Source of the DNA: a virus
Taxonomy: Duplodnaviria > Caudoviricetes
Virus record (IMG/VR): IMGVR_UViG_3300031851_000017
Span: 2,054 to 66,053 of that record
Direction: 5' to 3' (one strand)
Length of the DNA stretch: 64,000 nucleotides
A model generated the notes under the pieces. The model did no database searches. It was not told the DNA's origin and saw only the letters and a list, made by a program, of their open reading frames with translations. The position numbers and the translations under genes were made by a program. Positions 1 to 9,140 of this stretch are shown here, in pieces (the first letter of the stretch is position 1; each line of letters begins with the position of its first letter).

Positions 1-99
1 ATTAATGTTAGTGGTATCTATGTTATTAGTGCTAGAGGCGGAAGTCCTGAATTAATCGAACACGTTGAATCAGAAGAAGACGATTGGTTCTTTGACTGA
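1..99 (+). CDS. 3' end of a truncated gene, possibly an SSB/RPA-like OB-fold protein
   Basis: Frame 1 is open from the window edge: INVSGIYVISARGGSPELIEHVESEEDDWFFD*. The acidic/aromatic C-terminal tail is typical of SSBs, and it lies upstream of replication genes. Confidence 0.4.
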   Translation: MNVSGIYVISARGGSPELIEHVESEEDDWFFD

Positions 100-176
100 T
101 TATGTAAAAGTGTAGTCATGCACATATTGTTGGCTATAAGGGTGCAATACCCTTTAAATTAAAAGGAGAATATAAA

Positions 177-389
177 ATGAAAGAATATGAAATAATAAAT
201 GCAACAGTAATTAAGGGAAGTAGTTATTGGTTTAATGTAAGTAAGGTTGACTTTACTACTAGAAAACTAAATGACATTACAGGACAATATTGGGTTAAGT
301 TCCATTTCTCTTCCGGTAAAGAAATAAGAATAGTAGTAGAAGAAGAAGATTTAGATGAACTAGTAAATATCTTTGATTATCTATTATAA
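177..389 (+). CDS. Hypothetical protein (70 aa)
   Basis: ORF with AAGGAG RBS upstream, in line with the operon. Confidence 0.7.
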   Translation: MKEYEIINATVIKGSSYWFNVSKVDFTTRKLNDITGQYWVKFHFSSGKEIRIVVEEEDLDELVNIFDYLL

Positions 390-394
390 TATAA

Positions 395-1246
395 ATGGTG
401 ATAAGAATGACAATGAGTTATGAAGAAAGAAAGAAAATAATAATGCAACAAATACAAGACAGAATGAAGAGAGAAAAAGAGTTCCTTCTATTAGGAATAA
501 CAGGTAATCCCAAAGTCGGTAAATCCGGTTTAGCAATGGATTGTAGAACAGAAGAAGAAATTAAGAAAGGTATGACAGTAGAAATACTAGACCTAGATGA
601 CGGTTCTACTGCTACTTGGGATTCTGCATGGAATAGAGATGAGAACATAAGAGTGTTCGTACCTAATATTTGGAATGAAGATGGTTCAATGAATTGGGAT
701 GAAACATTCCACAACTGTTCTACTTGGATTAAAATGTTAGAAGAACAAATTAAAGAAGGAAACGTAAAGGCTGTAATTTTAGATGGTGTAGATAAAATCT
801 ACGAAGGTTCTAGTGATGTACTTCGTAAATCGTTAGTAAAAAATGCAGCAAGAAGCGGTTCTGTAATACAGGATTCAGATACAGTAAGAGTAAGTCCGTT
901 AGATTGGAAAGTTAGAAATAAGATTTATGATAGAATCATTAATCCTTTTGTAGCATTAAGAACTAATAGGTTTCTTATTACACATATGAAACCTGTTTAC
1001 GAAGGTATAGGCGCACCAATTGCAGTAGGAGAAACTCCCGATTGGTACAAAACTACACCACATAAACTATTACAAATAGTAAACATAAAAGAACAAAAGT
1101 TAGGAAAGAAAACTACCTACATGGCGACACTAACTGCTAGTAAAACTAATTCCAAAATGGTAGGTAAAAAATGGCCTGTATTCGTATTAGAAGAAACAGG
1201 AAATCAATGGAATGGAATACCTGAATTAAAGACAGGTGAATTATAA
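395..1246 (+). CDS. RecA-fold/Sak4-like (AAA_24) P-loop ATPase
   Basis: Walker A GITGNPKVGKS, ILDLD strand, Walker B VILDG, LITH motif; located next to the clamp and polymerase genes. Confidence 0.75.
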   Translation: MVIRMTMSYEERKKIIMQQIQDRMKREKEFLLLGITGNPKVGKSGLAMDCRTEEEIKKGMTVEILDLDDGSTATWDSAWNRDENIRVFVPNIWNEDGSMNWDETFHNCSTWIKMLEEQIKEGNVKAVILDGVDKIYEGSSDVLRKSLVKNAARSGSVIQDSDTVRVSPLDWKVRNKIYDRIINPFVALRTNRFLITHMKPVYEGIGAPIAVGETPDWYKTTPHKLLQIVNIKEQKLGKKTTYMATLTASKTNSKMVGKKWPVFVLEETGNQWNGIPELKTGEL

Positions 1247-1261
1247 TGGAGATAAATAACA

Positions 1262-2035
1262 ATGAAAATAATAATAGAAGCAAAGGAATTGAGTGAATTA
1301 ATAGAGAGCGTAGCATTAAAAGGAAGATACTTCGATGGTGGAGAATCTAAAAATGGTATGCTATCAGCACACGCATATTTGGTAGTCAATGGAAACATTC
1401 TTCAAATATGGAATGCCGACAATACTACCATTTGTGGGTTGAAGCAAGACTTAGAAGAGTCTACTCATGCCGATACTGAAAGTGGTTCAGCCGTAGTTGA
1501 TATCAAGAAGACTGTTAAATACTTAAAGGGATTTACAGGGTTGGTTACAATTGAAGCAAATGATTTCTTGTACATTAGTAATGAGTCATCAAACGCTACT
1601 TTACCATTAGTAGTTGAACATAGCCATCAGCCTATGATTGATATGTTAATTGAGTTTGAAAAGACAGTAAGAGATGTTAATGTAACATTCCCTACGTTTA
1701 GAAGAACTACCTTTGAAACTAAACTACACGTTCTAAGTGATGTCTTAACAGCCGCTACAAAGGGCTGTGATGTAATCAATACCGCTAGATATAAGTTTGA
1801 TTATAATAACAATATATTAAAAATGTCATCTATTAAAACAGATTTAGATAAATATGAGACTACGGTAATAACATTAACTAGAGATGGCGAACCATCAACC
1901 GTAGAGTTTACAGGTTTCTTTCACGGATTTTTTGACTTAACGGCAGTTAATATTTATTTGAAAGACGACTCTCCTGTTTTATTTGTGTCGCCTAATAGAA
2001 TATTATTGAAAGCACCTTACATGGATAGGAGTTAA
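1262..2035 (+). CDS. DNA polymerase sliding clamp (PCNA/beta-clamp fold)
   Basis: 257 aa, starts MKIIIEAKELSELI and ends with VNIYLKDDSPVLF (clamp-like terminal strands); directly upstream of polB. Confidence 0.7.
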   Translation: MKIIIEAKELSELIESVALKGRYFDGGESKNGMLSAHAYLVVNGNILQIWNADNTTICGLKQDLEESTHADTESGSAVVDIKKTVKYLKGFTGLVTIEANDFLYISNESSNATLPLVVEHSHQPMIDMLIEFEKTVRDVNVTFPTFRRTTFETKLHVLSDVLTAATKGCDVINTARYKFDYNNNILKMSSIKTDLDKYETTVITLTRDGEPSTVEFTGFFHGFFDLTAVNIYLKDDSPVLFVSPNRILLKAPYMDRS

Positions 2036-2039
2036 GAGT

Positions 2040-3740
2040 ATGATAATTAATGAAATTAAAAATGGCATTGGTTTAGTTTGGAGAGATGAAAACAATAACA
2101 GACTACAAGAAACTGTTTCTTTGAAAGACTACAAACATTACTTTTTCATTAAGGCTACGTCAACTAGACATAATAATTTGTTAGTTAAAGACAACAATAC
2201 AAGAGGCAAGTTTCAAGTTGACCTGTCTTATGAATTAGGAGATTGGGTTTCACTAGAAGGTGAATCTTTAGTAAAAGTTTCGTGGGGAACTAAATCTCCT
2301 AGTCTTAGGTATCAGATTAGAGAGAAGTTAGAAGAGTTAGGAGTTGACTCATACGAAGCAGATATACCACATCATTATCGGTATGCTGTTGATGAGTTAA
2401 GTTCTATTCCCGATTATAAAATGCGTAAGTGTTTTTGGGATATGGAGTGGATGCAAGGCGGAGAACATGATGGTAAGATTACCTGTATAGTAATATACGA
2501 TAGTTACGATGATGAGTATAGTGTATTCGCTTGGTTTCCTAACTTAGAGCAGAAACTTAGTATGGAGTTCCTTTACAAATTAAGAAGGAATTATAACTTA
2601 AAAATATTCAAGTCAGAAGAATCTATGCTTGACAACTTCTTAACATATTTTATTCAGAAGAGACCGGATATGTTAATCTCATGGTTCGGATGGAAATTCG
2701 ACTTACCTAAACTAATAGAGAGAAATAGTGCCTACAATATTGATTCAAGAATGTTATCTCCTTTTAATGAAGTAAGAGGGGTTTCTTGGAAGGATAACAA
2801 AGTTAAGATATATCCTAAACAAGTAAACGGGTCTTCTCCTATAACACAACCAATTAAGGGAGTGATTACAGTAGCATTAGATTTAGTTTTTGAAAGACAG
2901 TGGAATGATTCACAAAGAGGAACATTACCTTCTATGGCTTTAGATTATATTTCTGAATCTGTTTTAGGCGATAAGAAATTAGTTAGTGAAAAGTTTCCTG
3001 ATAAAAATGAGTTCTTTGCTAGAGGTTGGTTAGAAGATACTGAAACATATCTAGAGTATGCGATAAAGGATGTTGAGTTAATCAAAAGAATTGATGATGA
3101 GAACCACTGTATTGATTCAGTTTTAGCATTACAGAAATTACTTATTGCTCCTTTTGATGCTTGCTTCTATGCAAGTAATATGGGTGGAATATATTTTATG
3201 CGTAACGCTAATTGGAAAGCACCAACAGGAAAGAAAGGTGAGAAGGTTAACTACGATGGAGCAATGATATACAATCCATTAACAGAAGGCACAAATGGAA
3301 GATATGACAACGTAGCCGCGTTTGATTTCGCTTCTCTATATCCTTCAATGATTATTTCACGGAACATTTCATGGGAATCTAAATCAAAACTTCCAACAGA
3401 GTTTGCAGTTAACTTAGCAATACCTAGAGATTTTAGTGAAGTGAAGGAAGAGAAGATGTTGTATTACAATACTGATAAATTAGGACTATTACCTAAGTCT
3501 CTTATTGAACTTAAAGCATTAAGAAACGAATACAAAAAGAATATGAAAGAAGCAACAACCAAAGATGATAAGATTAAATGGAATAATAATCAAATGGCGG
3601 TCAAGAGATTGATGGCTTCATTTTACGGCATCACCGCGTATCAAGGATTTGGTTGGGCTGATATAGACCTAGCCGCTAGTATTACTGCTAGTGCTAGAGA
3701 GGCTATTAGATTAGCCGCATTTAAAGCGAGGGAATTATAA
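2040..3740 (+). CDS. polB: Family B DNA polymerase, N-terminal part (3'-5' exonuclease, motifs A and B)
   Basis: ExoI FWDMEW, ExoII SWFGWKFDLP, ExoIII YAIKD, motif A AAFDFASLYPS, motif B KRLMASFYG; stops just before motif C. Confidence 0.95.
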   Translation: MIINEIKNGIGLVWRDENNNRLQETVSLKDYKHYFFIKATSTRHNNLLVKDNNTRGKFQVDLSYELGDWVSLEGESLVKVSWGTKSPSLRYQIREKLEELGVDSYEADIPHHYRYAVDELSSIPDYKMRKCFWDMEWMQGGEHDGKITCIVIYDSYDDEYSVFAWFPNLEQKLSMEFLYKLRRNYNLKIFKSEESMLDNFLTYFIQKRPDMLISWFGWKFDLPKLIERNSAYNIDSRMLSPFNEVRGVSWKDNKVKIYPKQVNGSSPITQPIKGVITVALDLVFERQWNDSQRGTLPSMALDYISESVLGDKKLVSEKFPDKNEFFARGWLEDTETYLEYAIKDVELIKRIDDENHCIDSVLALQKLLIAPFDACFYASNMGGIYFMRNANWKAPTGKKGEKVNYDGAMIYNPLTEGTNGRYDNVAAFDFASLYPSMIISRNISWESKSKLPTEFAVNLAIPRDFSEVKEEKMLYYNTDKLGLLPKSLIELKALRNEYKKNMKEATTKDDKIKWNNNQMAVKRLMASFYGITAYQGFGWADIDLAASITASAREAIRLAAFKAREL

Positions 3741-4084
3741 TGAGTAAAAGATGGAAGAAAAGAGTTAATCAAAACAATAAAGATACAATGAAATTATCAG
3801 AATTAATAGCATTTATGATGAGTAAATATCCTATGACCGAAGAAGAACACAACGCAATATTAAATTGGGAAGAGTTCAACATTAATATAGAAAGGCAGAC
3901 TACAACAGAAGAACAAGCAAAGCAGACATTTTCAATAGAAGCGATTGCAGGTGTTACTGCTACCTTTCATCTTTGGCTCTTAGGAAGAGTAAAAGATAGG
4001 TGGGAATCAGAAGATTGGGATTTAGATAAAGCACCCCATGCTATTACTGTTAATGCTAAAGTGGATTGGAGTAATGACATATGA
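3740..4084 (+). CDS. Hypothetical protein inserted between the two polB halves
   Basis: 114-aa ORF with overlapping stop/start junctions to both neighbours (TAATG, ATGA). Confidence 0.75.
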   Translation: MSKRWKKRVNQNNKDTMKLSELIAFMMSKYPMTEEEHNAILNWEEFNINIERQTTTEEQAKQTFSIEAIAGVTATFHLWLLGRVKDRWESEDWDLDKAPHAITVNAKVDWSNDI

Positions 4085-5007
4085 AAGTAGTTTACGGACA
4101 TACTGATTCAATTTATGTTCAGTGTGATGATATAGAAAAAGCAAAGAACGTTTGTAGTGAAATTAACGACCATGTTAGGAAATCATTTCCTAATCTATTA
4201 GGTTTAGATGAACACCCTGTTACTTTAGAGTTTGAAAAGTATTACAAATCACTAGGAGTAGGTGCAACAAAGAATAGAAATGCAGGTTTAATAACTTGGA
4301 AGGATGGAGAATATCTTGAAGAAGACGAGTTTGTTCTTACAGGTTTCTCTGCTAAAAGAGTTGCACAAACAAAACTAGCGAAGGAAACACAAATGAAAGT
4401 ATTGCGAATGTGGGTTGATGGAGTTGAAGAAGAAGTAGTCTCTAGTTACTTACATGGTTTATTTAATACTGTTATTTCCGGCGATATAGAATTATCAATG
4501 CTTACTAACAGAACTAGATTTCGTGAAGAAAGATTCAAGGTGAAATGTATGGGTGAATGTAAAAAAATGAAATGGGGAAAAGTTTTCTCACTATCAGAAA
4601 TCATTGAGAATATTGCAGAACACCGCAGTAATTTTTCTAGCGATAAGTGGAAGTGTTGCAATAAACCTAATCTTAGAACATTACAAGATAAGAAACCCAC
4701 AATCGGTTCGGGTATAGAAGGGGTATTGTATTACAACTCTTTTAATGAAGTGCAAATAGATGACTCTTATCTTTATATTAAAATTAAAGATAACACCACT
4801 ACATACATACACCCACTTACACAAGAAGATACAATTCCTTCTTGGGTTTCAGTTAGACATGAATCAGAACTATCTCACTTTACTCCCGATTATTTACATT
4901 ATGCTTATCAAGTAGTTAGTAAGGCAGAACCTATCTACAACGCAATGGGGTGGAATATAGATAATATTACTAAAAGTAGGAATCAAGATTTGGGGGATTG
5001 GTTTTGA
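4081..5007 (+). CDS. polB: Family B DNA polymerase, C-terminal part (motif C, thumb, PIP-like tail)
   Basis: Starts MKVVYGHTDSIYV (motif C variant); LEFEK, KNRNAG; ends NQDLGDWF (PIP-box-like). Confidence 0.93.
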   Translation: MKVVYGHTDSIYVQCDDIEKAKNVCSEINDHVRKSFPNLLGLDEHPVTLEFEKYYKSLGVGATKNRNAGLITWKDGEYLEEDEFVLTGFSAKRVAQTKLAKETQMKVLRMWVDGVEEEVVSSYLHGLFNTVISGDIELSMLTNRTRFREERFKVKCMGECKKMKWGKVFSLSEIIENIAEHRSNFSSDKWKCCNKPNLRTLQDKKPTIGSGIEGVLYYNSFNEVQIDDSYLYIKIKDNTTTYIHPLTQEDTIPSWVSVRHESELSHFTPDYLHYAYQVVSKAEPIYNAMGWNIDNITKSRNQDLGDWF

Positions 5008-5408
5008 GATTATCTTGGTCTATGAAAAGAAGAATAGAAAGATGGAAAATTAGACACGCTAAAATAAACGAATGGATTGTATTTTACAAAGAAGAAATAA
5101 CAAAAGATTATAACAGAATGAAAGGTTTTTTACAGAAACTAAATAAAAAAAAGGTTAAAAAAATGAAAATGGATAAAAATAAAAAAGAAACTATGTTCTT
5201 TGACTCAAAAGAATATATAGGATTAACAGTAAATAAAGGTGAAATTAAACTTATAGAAAAACCACCTTTAAGTTTTTATTCTTTTAAAGATGAAGAAACA
5301 ATAGCACCAACATGGTCTCCACATGACAAAAATTGTGATTGTGAAGATTGTTTAGAAACGTTATTAAACACGTTAAAGTTTAAATTTGATACGGAGAATG
5401 ATGAATAA
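4998..5408 (+). CDS. Hypothetical basic protein with HxxxCxCxxC cluster
   Basis: In-operon ORF with PHDKNCDCEDC near the C-terminus; start codon uncertain. Confidence 0.55.
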   Translation: MVLRLSWSMKRRIERWKIRHAKINEWIVFYKEEITKDYNRMKGFLQKLNKKKVKKMKMDKNKKETMFFDSKEYIGLTVNKGEIKLIEKPPLSFYSFKDEETIAPTWSPHDKNCDCEDCLETLLNTLKFKFDTENDE

Positions 5409-6304
5409 TGAAAATACAAAAGAAAGAAGGATTTGATAGGGATTTTACTTATCAATGGAATGCAGATTGGAAAGAAGAAGATACTGATAAACCTATATTG
5501 AAGATAACTAAATCTTCTGTGGGACAGTTTGATTGGTGTCCTAAGAAATATGAGTTTGGATATATAGATAGAAAACCGCAAGATACTTCAGAAGCAATGC
5601 ACAATGGAACATTAGTTCACAACGCATTGGAGGAATTTTACAATGTTTTTGATATTAAGAAAGCAGAAACTATGGATAATAAAGAAGTAACAGAATATAT
5701 GTTTAGTCTATTTCCTATTGATAATATGTCTGAAATGTATGAAACCTTATCTATTAACGAAGCACAACGTTTTATGGTTGCTAAAGAAGATAAAACTTTA
5801 GAAGAGTTTCTTCCTGTAATCAATGAAGTTACATTAGATGCACAAATTACAATTAACAGAGCAAACTATCCAAAGTTCCCATTGAAGAGAGATTATGTTA
5901 TTCATTTACAGGGGATAATAGATAGAATGTTTGTTGATAAGAATGGCTACATTCCTATGGAGTTAAAGACAGGCGCATGGAAAGAGTATAAGAAAACTAT
6001 GATGAGAAAAGAAATGGCTTATTATAAGTTAATATTTGATAATTGTCCTATCGAACAATTAGAAGCAATCGGTCTTAATCGTGAAAAACAAATAACACAT
6101 TGGGGTTGGAGATACCCTGCCTCTAATCTTATATATGTGGAAGAACAGAAAAAGTCTAGCCATAAAGCACTTATGAGAAGTATAGTAAAATTACTAAAGG
6201 CGTATGAAGATAAATCATTCCCAACAAAATACAATGCTAGAACTTGTTCATATTGTAGTTACTTAGATATTTGTGATGGTGGAGCAGATGAGGGGTGGTT
6301 ATAA
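5408..6304 (+). CDS. Cas4-like PD-(D/E)xK exonuclease with Fe-S cysteines
   Basis: WCPKKY, GTLVH, GIIDR, ELKTG, C-terminal CSYCSYLDIC. Confidence 0.88.
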   Translation: MKIQKKEGFDRDFTYQWNADWKEEDTDKPILKITKSSVGQFDWCPKKYEFGYIDRKPQDTSEAMHNGTLVHNALEEFYNVFDIKKAETMDNKEVTEYMFSLFPIDNMSEMYETLSINEAQRFMVAKEDKTLEEFLPVINEVTLDAQITINRANYPKFPLKRDYVIHLQGIIDRMFVDKNGYIPMELKTGAWKEYKKTMMRKEMAYYKLIFDNCPIEQLEAIGLNREKQITHWGWRYPASNLIYVEEQKKSSHKALMRSIVKLLKAYEDKSFPTKYNARTCSYCSYLDICDGGADEGWL

Positions 6305-6534
6305 TGGTAGAAGTTATTATTTGGACGGCTACTTGGTGTGCGCCCTGCAAAGGACTTAAGACTTGGACGGATGTACATTTTCCCTTTGTGATATACAAAG
6401 ATATAGAAAAAGACGTAGCCCCATTTGAGATTAAATCAGTACCGACAATGCAAGTAGGTCAAGTGTTTATAGCAAATGTTTCAACAATAAAACAATATTT
6501 ATCTAAAAGGGGGAATCAAATTAATGGAAGTTAA
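6295..6534 (+). CDS. Thioredoxin/glutaredoxin-like protein
   Basis: WCAPC active site and SVPT cis-Pro loop; likely start is the ATG at 6304. Confidence 0.85.
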   Translation: MVIMVEVIIWTATWCAPCKGLKTWTDVHFPFVIYKDIEKDVAPFEIKSVPTMQVGQVFIANVSTIKQYLSKRGNQINGS

Positions 6535-6796
6535 ATGGATTTATCATAATGGTATTAGAGTTCTAGCATTAGTAGTCAATGATAACGACCCATATGAATT
6601 TTGTGAAAATTGTGGTAAGAAACATTATTCTCATCCTAAATTAGCAATCAAAGAAGACAAAGATTGGTGCGGGGATTGTAATGATGAATATTTTAAAAAA
6701 CATATGTCTGATGCAGAATTAGGAATGTGGACTATATATGAAATGGAAAGAAATAGAGCAGTAGTAGTAGTAAGAGAGTTGGATGTAAATGAGTAA
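6524..6796 (+). CDS. Zn-finger protein
   Basis: CENCG...WCGDC pair of CxxC motifs. Confidence 0.65.
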   Translation: MEVKWIYHNGIRVLALVVNDNDPYEFCENCGKKHYSHPKLAIKEDKDWCGDCNDEYFKKHMSDAELGMWTIYEMERNRAVVVVRELDVNE

Positions 6797-6974
6797 GATA
6801 GAAGATATAGTAATTAAAAAAATAGAAGCAAGAGCAGAAATTGGAGAACGTAAATATAATACAACAATGGAAAGAGTTGACTTGACAAGAAAAGCATGGT
6901 TAATCCATGCACAGGAAGAGGCTTTAGACCTAGCAATTTATTTACAGAAGTTGATAATGTTGGAGGAAGAGTAA
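6789..6974 (+). CDS. Small MazG-like / all-alpha NTP pyrophosphohydrolase-like phage protein
   Basis: RAEIGERKYNTT...WLIHAQEEALDLAIYL resembles a widespread phage family with an EExxD motif. Confidence 0.55.
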   Translation: MSKIEDIVIKKIEARAEIGERKYNTTMERVDLTRKAWLIHAQEEALDLAIYLQKLIMLEEE

Positions 6975-7066
6975 TGAAAAACAGTTGGTCTTTAAAAATA
7001 ATATATTTTATAGGTAAAGTATCTACTATGATTAGTAGATTTAATAGCAACAGGTGGAGAAAATGA
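6974..7066 (+). CDS. Micro-ORF (30 aa), not in ORF track
   Basis: MKNSWSLKIIYFIGKVSTMISRFNSNRWRK*; GGAGG upstream, coupled to the previous gene by TAATG and to the next by ATGA. Confidence 0.5.
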   Translation: MKNSWSLKIIYFIGKVSTMISRFNSNRWRK

Positions 7067-7122
7067 AGTGGAAAGAATACTTTAGAAGAAAGAAAGAATA
7101 CAAAGAGAGGTATAAAAAATGA
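7063..7122 (+). CDS. Basic micro-ORF (19 aa), not in ORF track
   Basis: MKWKEYFRRKKEYKERYKK*; GGTGGAG RBS, ATGA overlaps at both ends. Confidence 0.45.
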   Translation: MKWKEYFRRKKEYKERYKK

Positions 7123-7511
7123 AAGATAAAGTTGAAAAAATATTAAGTTCTAGAGAATGGACTTTTGCTGATTTAACTAATATGAATCAGTTAGTAAAAA
7201 ACTTTTCAGAAGAAATATATACACAGTTAGATGCTAAGGAAAAACTAACTATTGTATGGGAAGAAGATATATATAGAAATGTAAAAAGTTCTAACATACA
7301 GTCATTCGGAAGTTTCTTCCAAATGTTAGTAATAGAACAAATACAAATACAAGTAGCAAGTACATTACAAGAACAATTACTTACAGCGAATGTAAACTTT
7401 AGTAATAATAAAAATAAGGAGGAAGAAAACAATGTTGTTTCCGAGGGAAGTTTGGGCGGGAAGCCACTTAAAGAACGCACCGCAGATGAAAAGAAAGATA
7501 GTGAAGAATAA
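7119..7511 (+). CDS. Hypothetical protein (130 aa)
   Basis: ORF with GAGAGG RBS; 3' end overlaps the primase start by ~80 nt. Confidence 0.65.
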   Translation: MKDKVEKILSSREWTFADLTNMNQLVKNFSEEIYTQLDAKEKLTIVWEEDIYRNVKSSNIQSFGSFFQMLVIEQIQIQVASTLQEQLLTANVNFSNNKNKEEENNVVSEGSLGGKPLKERTADEKKDSEE

Positions 7512-8433
7512 GAAAGAGTTTATTGATTGGGTTAATATTTACAATGGAAGAATGAATTGTTATACAACAGTTTATGATTTTGAAGTTGTGAATGATAATA
7601 CTAAAATAGATTCTTCGGTTGTTCTTGACAGAATGTTTCTAGATTTTGATGCACATGATGAACCTTTAGAAAACGCACATAGAGATTTTATGAGCGTTGG
7701 AAAGAAACTATCGTCATTGAATATAATGTTCAATGCTTATTTTAGCGGGAAAGGTTTTCATATCATTGCACACGGAGAGCGAGTTAATGATATTAGATGC
7801 ATTCAACAGTATTATACCGAATTGGCTAAAGACCATCCTACACTTGATAGAACAGGTATTCAAACTAATAGGTTAAGGAGAGTTCCCAATACTTTGAATC
7901 TAAGTAGTGGTAAAGAAAACAATCACTACTTTTGTACTCCACTAGACTTTGCTTCTTTAGAAGAAGTTTCTATGTATGATATATTAGTTATGGCTAAACA
8001 TAGAAACCCCATGATAACAACGGGAACAGAAAGAATTGTATTTCCTACCGTGAAACCAATTCACTTGGCAGATATTGAAATAGAGATACCAAAACCTATC
8101 GGAACATTACCAATCATACCCTGTTTGCATAATGCGATTATGGTCGAGAACCCTAGTCATTATGCTAGAGTTTACTTGGTTCAATGGTATAGAGACTTAC
8201 TTACATTAGGAGAAAGAAAAGTTTCTTTGGAACAACAAAAGGAAGTATCTGAATTGATTATGACAGAGTTAGCAACAATAGCAGGTCATCCTGAAGTATG
8301 GTTAGATTGGGATTACAATAAGACTAAGAAATATGTTAGTGGAATTGTATCCAAAGGTTATCATGCAGTTGGTTGTGGGTCGTTAATTACACAAGGATAT
8401 TGTGTAGGAAAATGTTGGAGGTATCACGAATGA
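7432..8433 (+). CDS. priS: Archaeo-eukaryotic primase, PriS catalytic domain fused to PriL-like Fe-S domain
   Basis: FLDFD, FSGKGFH, RLRRVPNTLN; C-terminal PCL...SHYARVYLVQW...GCxxLxxxGYCxxxC (PriL CTD-like). Confidence 0.9.
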   Translation: MLFPREVWAGSHLKNAPQMKRKIVKNKKEFIDWVNIYNGRMNCYTTVYDFEVVNDNTKIDSSVVLDRMFLDFDAHDEPLENAHRDFMSVGKKLSSLNIMFNAYFSGKGFHIIAHGERVNDIRCIQQYYTELAKDHPTLDRTGIQTNRLRRVPNTLNLSSGKENNHYFCTPLDFASLEEVSMYDILVMAKHRNPMITTGTERIVFPTVKPIHLADIEIEIPKPIGTLPIIPCLHNAIMVENPSHYARVYLVQWYRDLLTLGERKVSLEQQKEVSELIMTELATIAGHPEVWLDWDYNKTKKYVSGIVSKGYHAVGCGSLITQGYCVGKCWRYHE

Positions 8434-9128
8434 AATTATTAATAGATAGTAGAGAAAACTCGGAACTAACAGAGAGAGTAATAGAAAAAGCCCAAAGTCT
8501 AAACGTGCCGTTTGAAAAACAGTGGCTAGAAATTGGCGACTATGTTTTCAATGACGTTTGTTTTGAGGCCAAATCTTCTTTTGATTTTATTCAATCTATT
8601 GTAAATAAAAGATTGTGGAATCAATTAGATAATATGGATAGAGCATATGTAAATAATTTAGTTATTGTTTACGGTTCATTTGAAGATGGTTTTCGTAAGC
8701 ATTTAGAACACATAAAAACTAGCATGAATAAAACAGCACAAAGAGTTATTCTTAGAAAGAAGTTCTTTGGTTCGATGAGTAAGATAATATTAGATACTGA
8801 TTGTAGTATTATTTGGGTTAGAGATGCATTAACAGCCGCAGAATTAATTGCAGTTGTTTGTAAAATGCAACCACATGATAGGGAAGTATATGTTCCTAGA
8901 ATTGTGAAACAGAAAAAAATTAGCACTACTGATTTAAGAGTGGATGTATTATCTACAATTAAAGGAGTAAGTGATAAAAAGGCTAAACTTTTGATAAAGA
9001 AGTTTGGTTCTATAATGGAAATAGGAGAGTCATCTTCTTTAGAATTATGTAAGATAGACGGTATTGGCGGAGTATTAGCAAACCGTATTATTGATACTTT
9101 AAATTCAGAAGACAAAATACAAATATAG
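8430..9128 (+). CDS. ERCC4/XPF-family nuclease with HhH domain
   Basis: IDSRE, GDY, FEAK and C-terminal IKGVS/IDGIG HhH motifs; start re-assigned to the ATG at 8430 (ATGA overlap). Confidence 0.9.
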   Translation: MKLLIDSRENSELTERVIEKAQSLNVPFEKQWLEIGDYVFNDVCFEAKSSFDFIQSIVNKRLWNQLDNMDRAYVNNLVIVYGSFEDGFRKHLEHIKTSMNKTAQRVILRKKFFGSMSKIILDTDCSIIWVRDALTAAELIAVVCKMQPHDREVYVPRIVKQKKISTTDLRVDVLSTIKGVSDKKAKLLIKKFGSIMEIGESSSLELCKIDGIGGVLANRIIDTLNSEDKIQI

Positions 9129-9140
9129 GAGAAAAGAAAA

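Noticed and set aside
138-154. AAGGGT-GCAAT-ACCCTT hairpin resembling a tRNA T-arm
   Set aside because: No cloverleaf can be built around it; at most a small intergenic stem-loop. No tRNA or rRNA gene was recognised in the window.
3740-4084. Intein or homing-endonuclease intron in polB
   Set aside because: No C/S...HN intein ends and no LAGLIDADG/HNH/GIY-YIG motif; both halves have normal stop and start codons.
5408-6304. Cas4-like gene as part of a CRISPR-Cas system
   Set aside because: No cas1/cas2 or array nearby; solo Cas4-like nucleases are common in archaeal virus replication modules.
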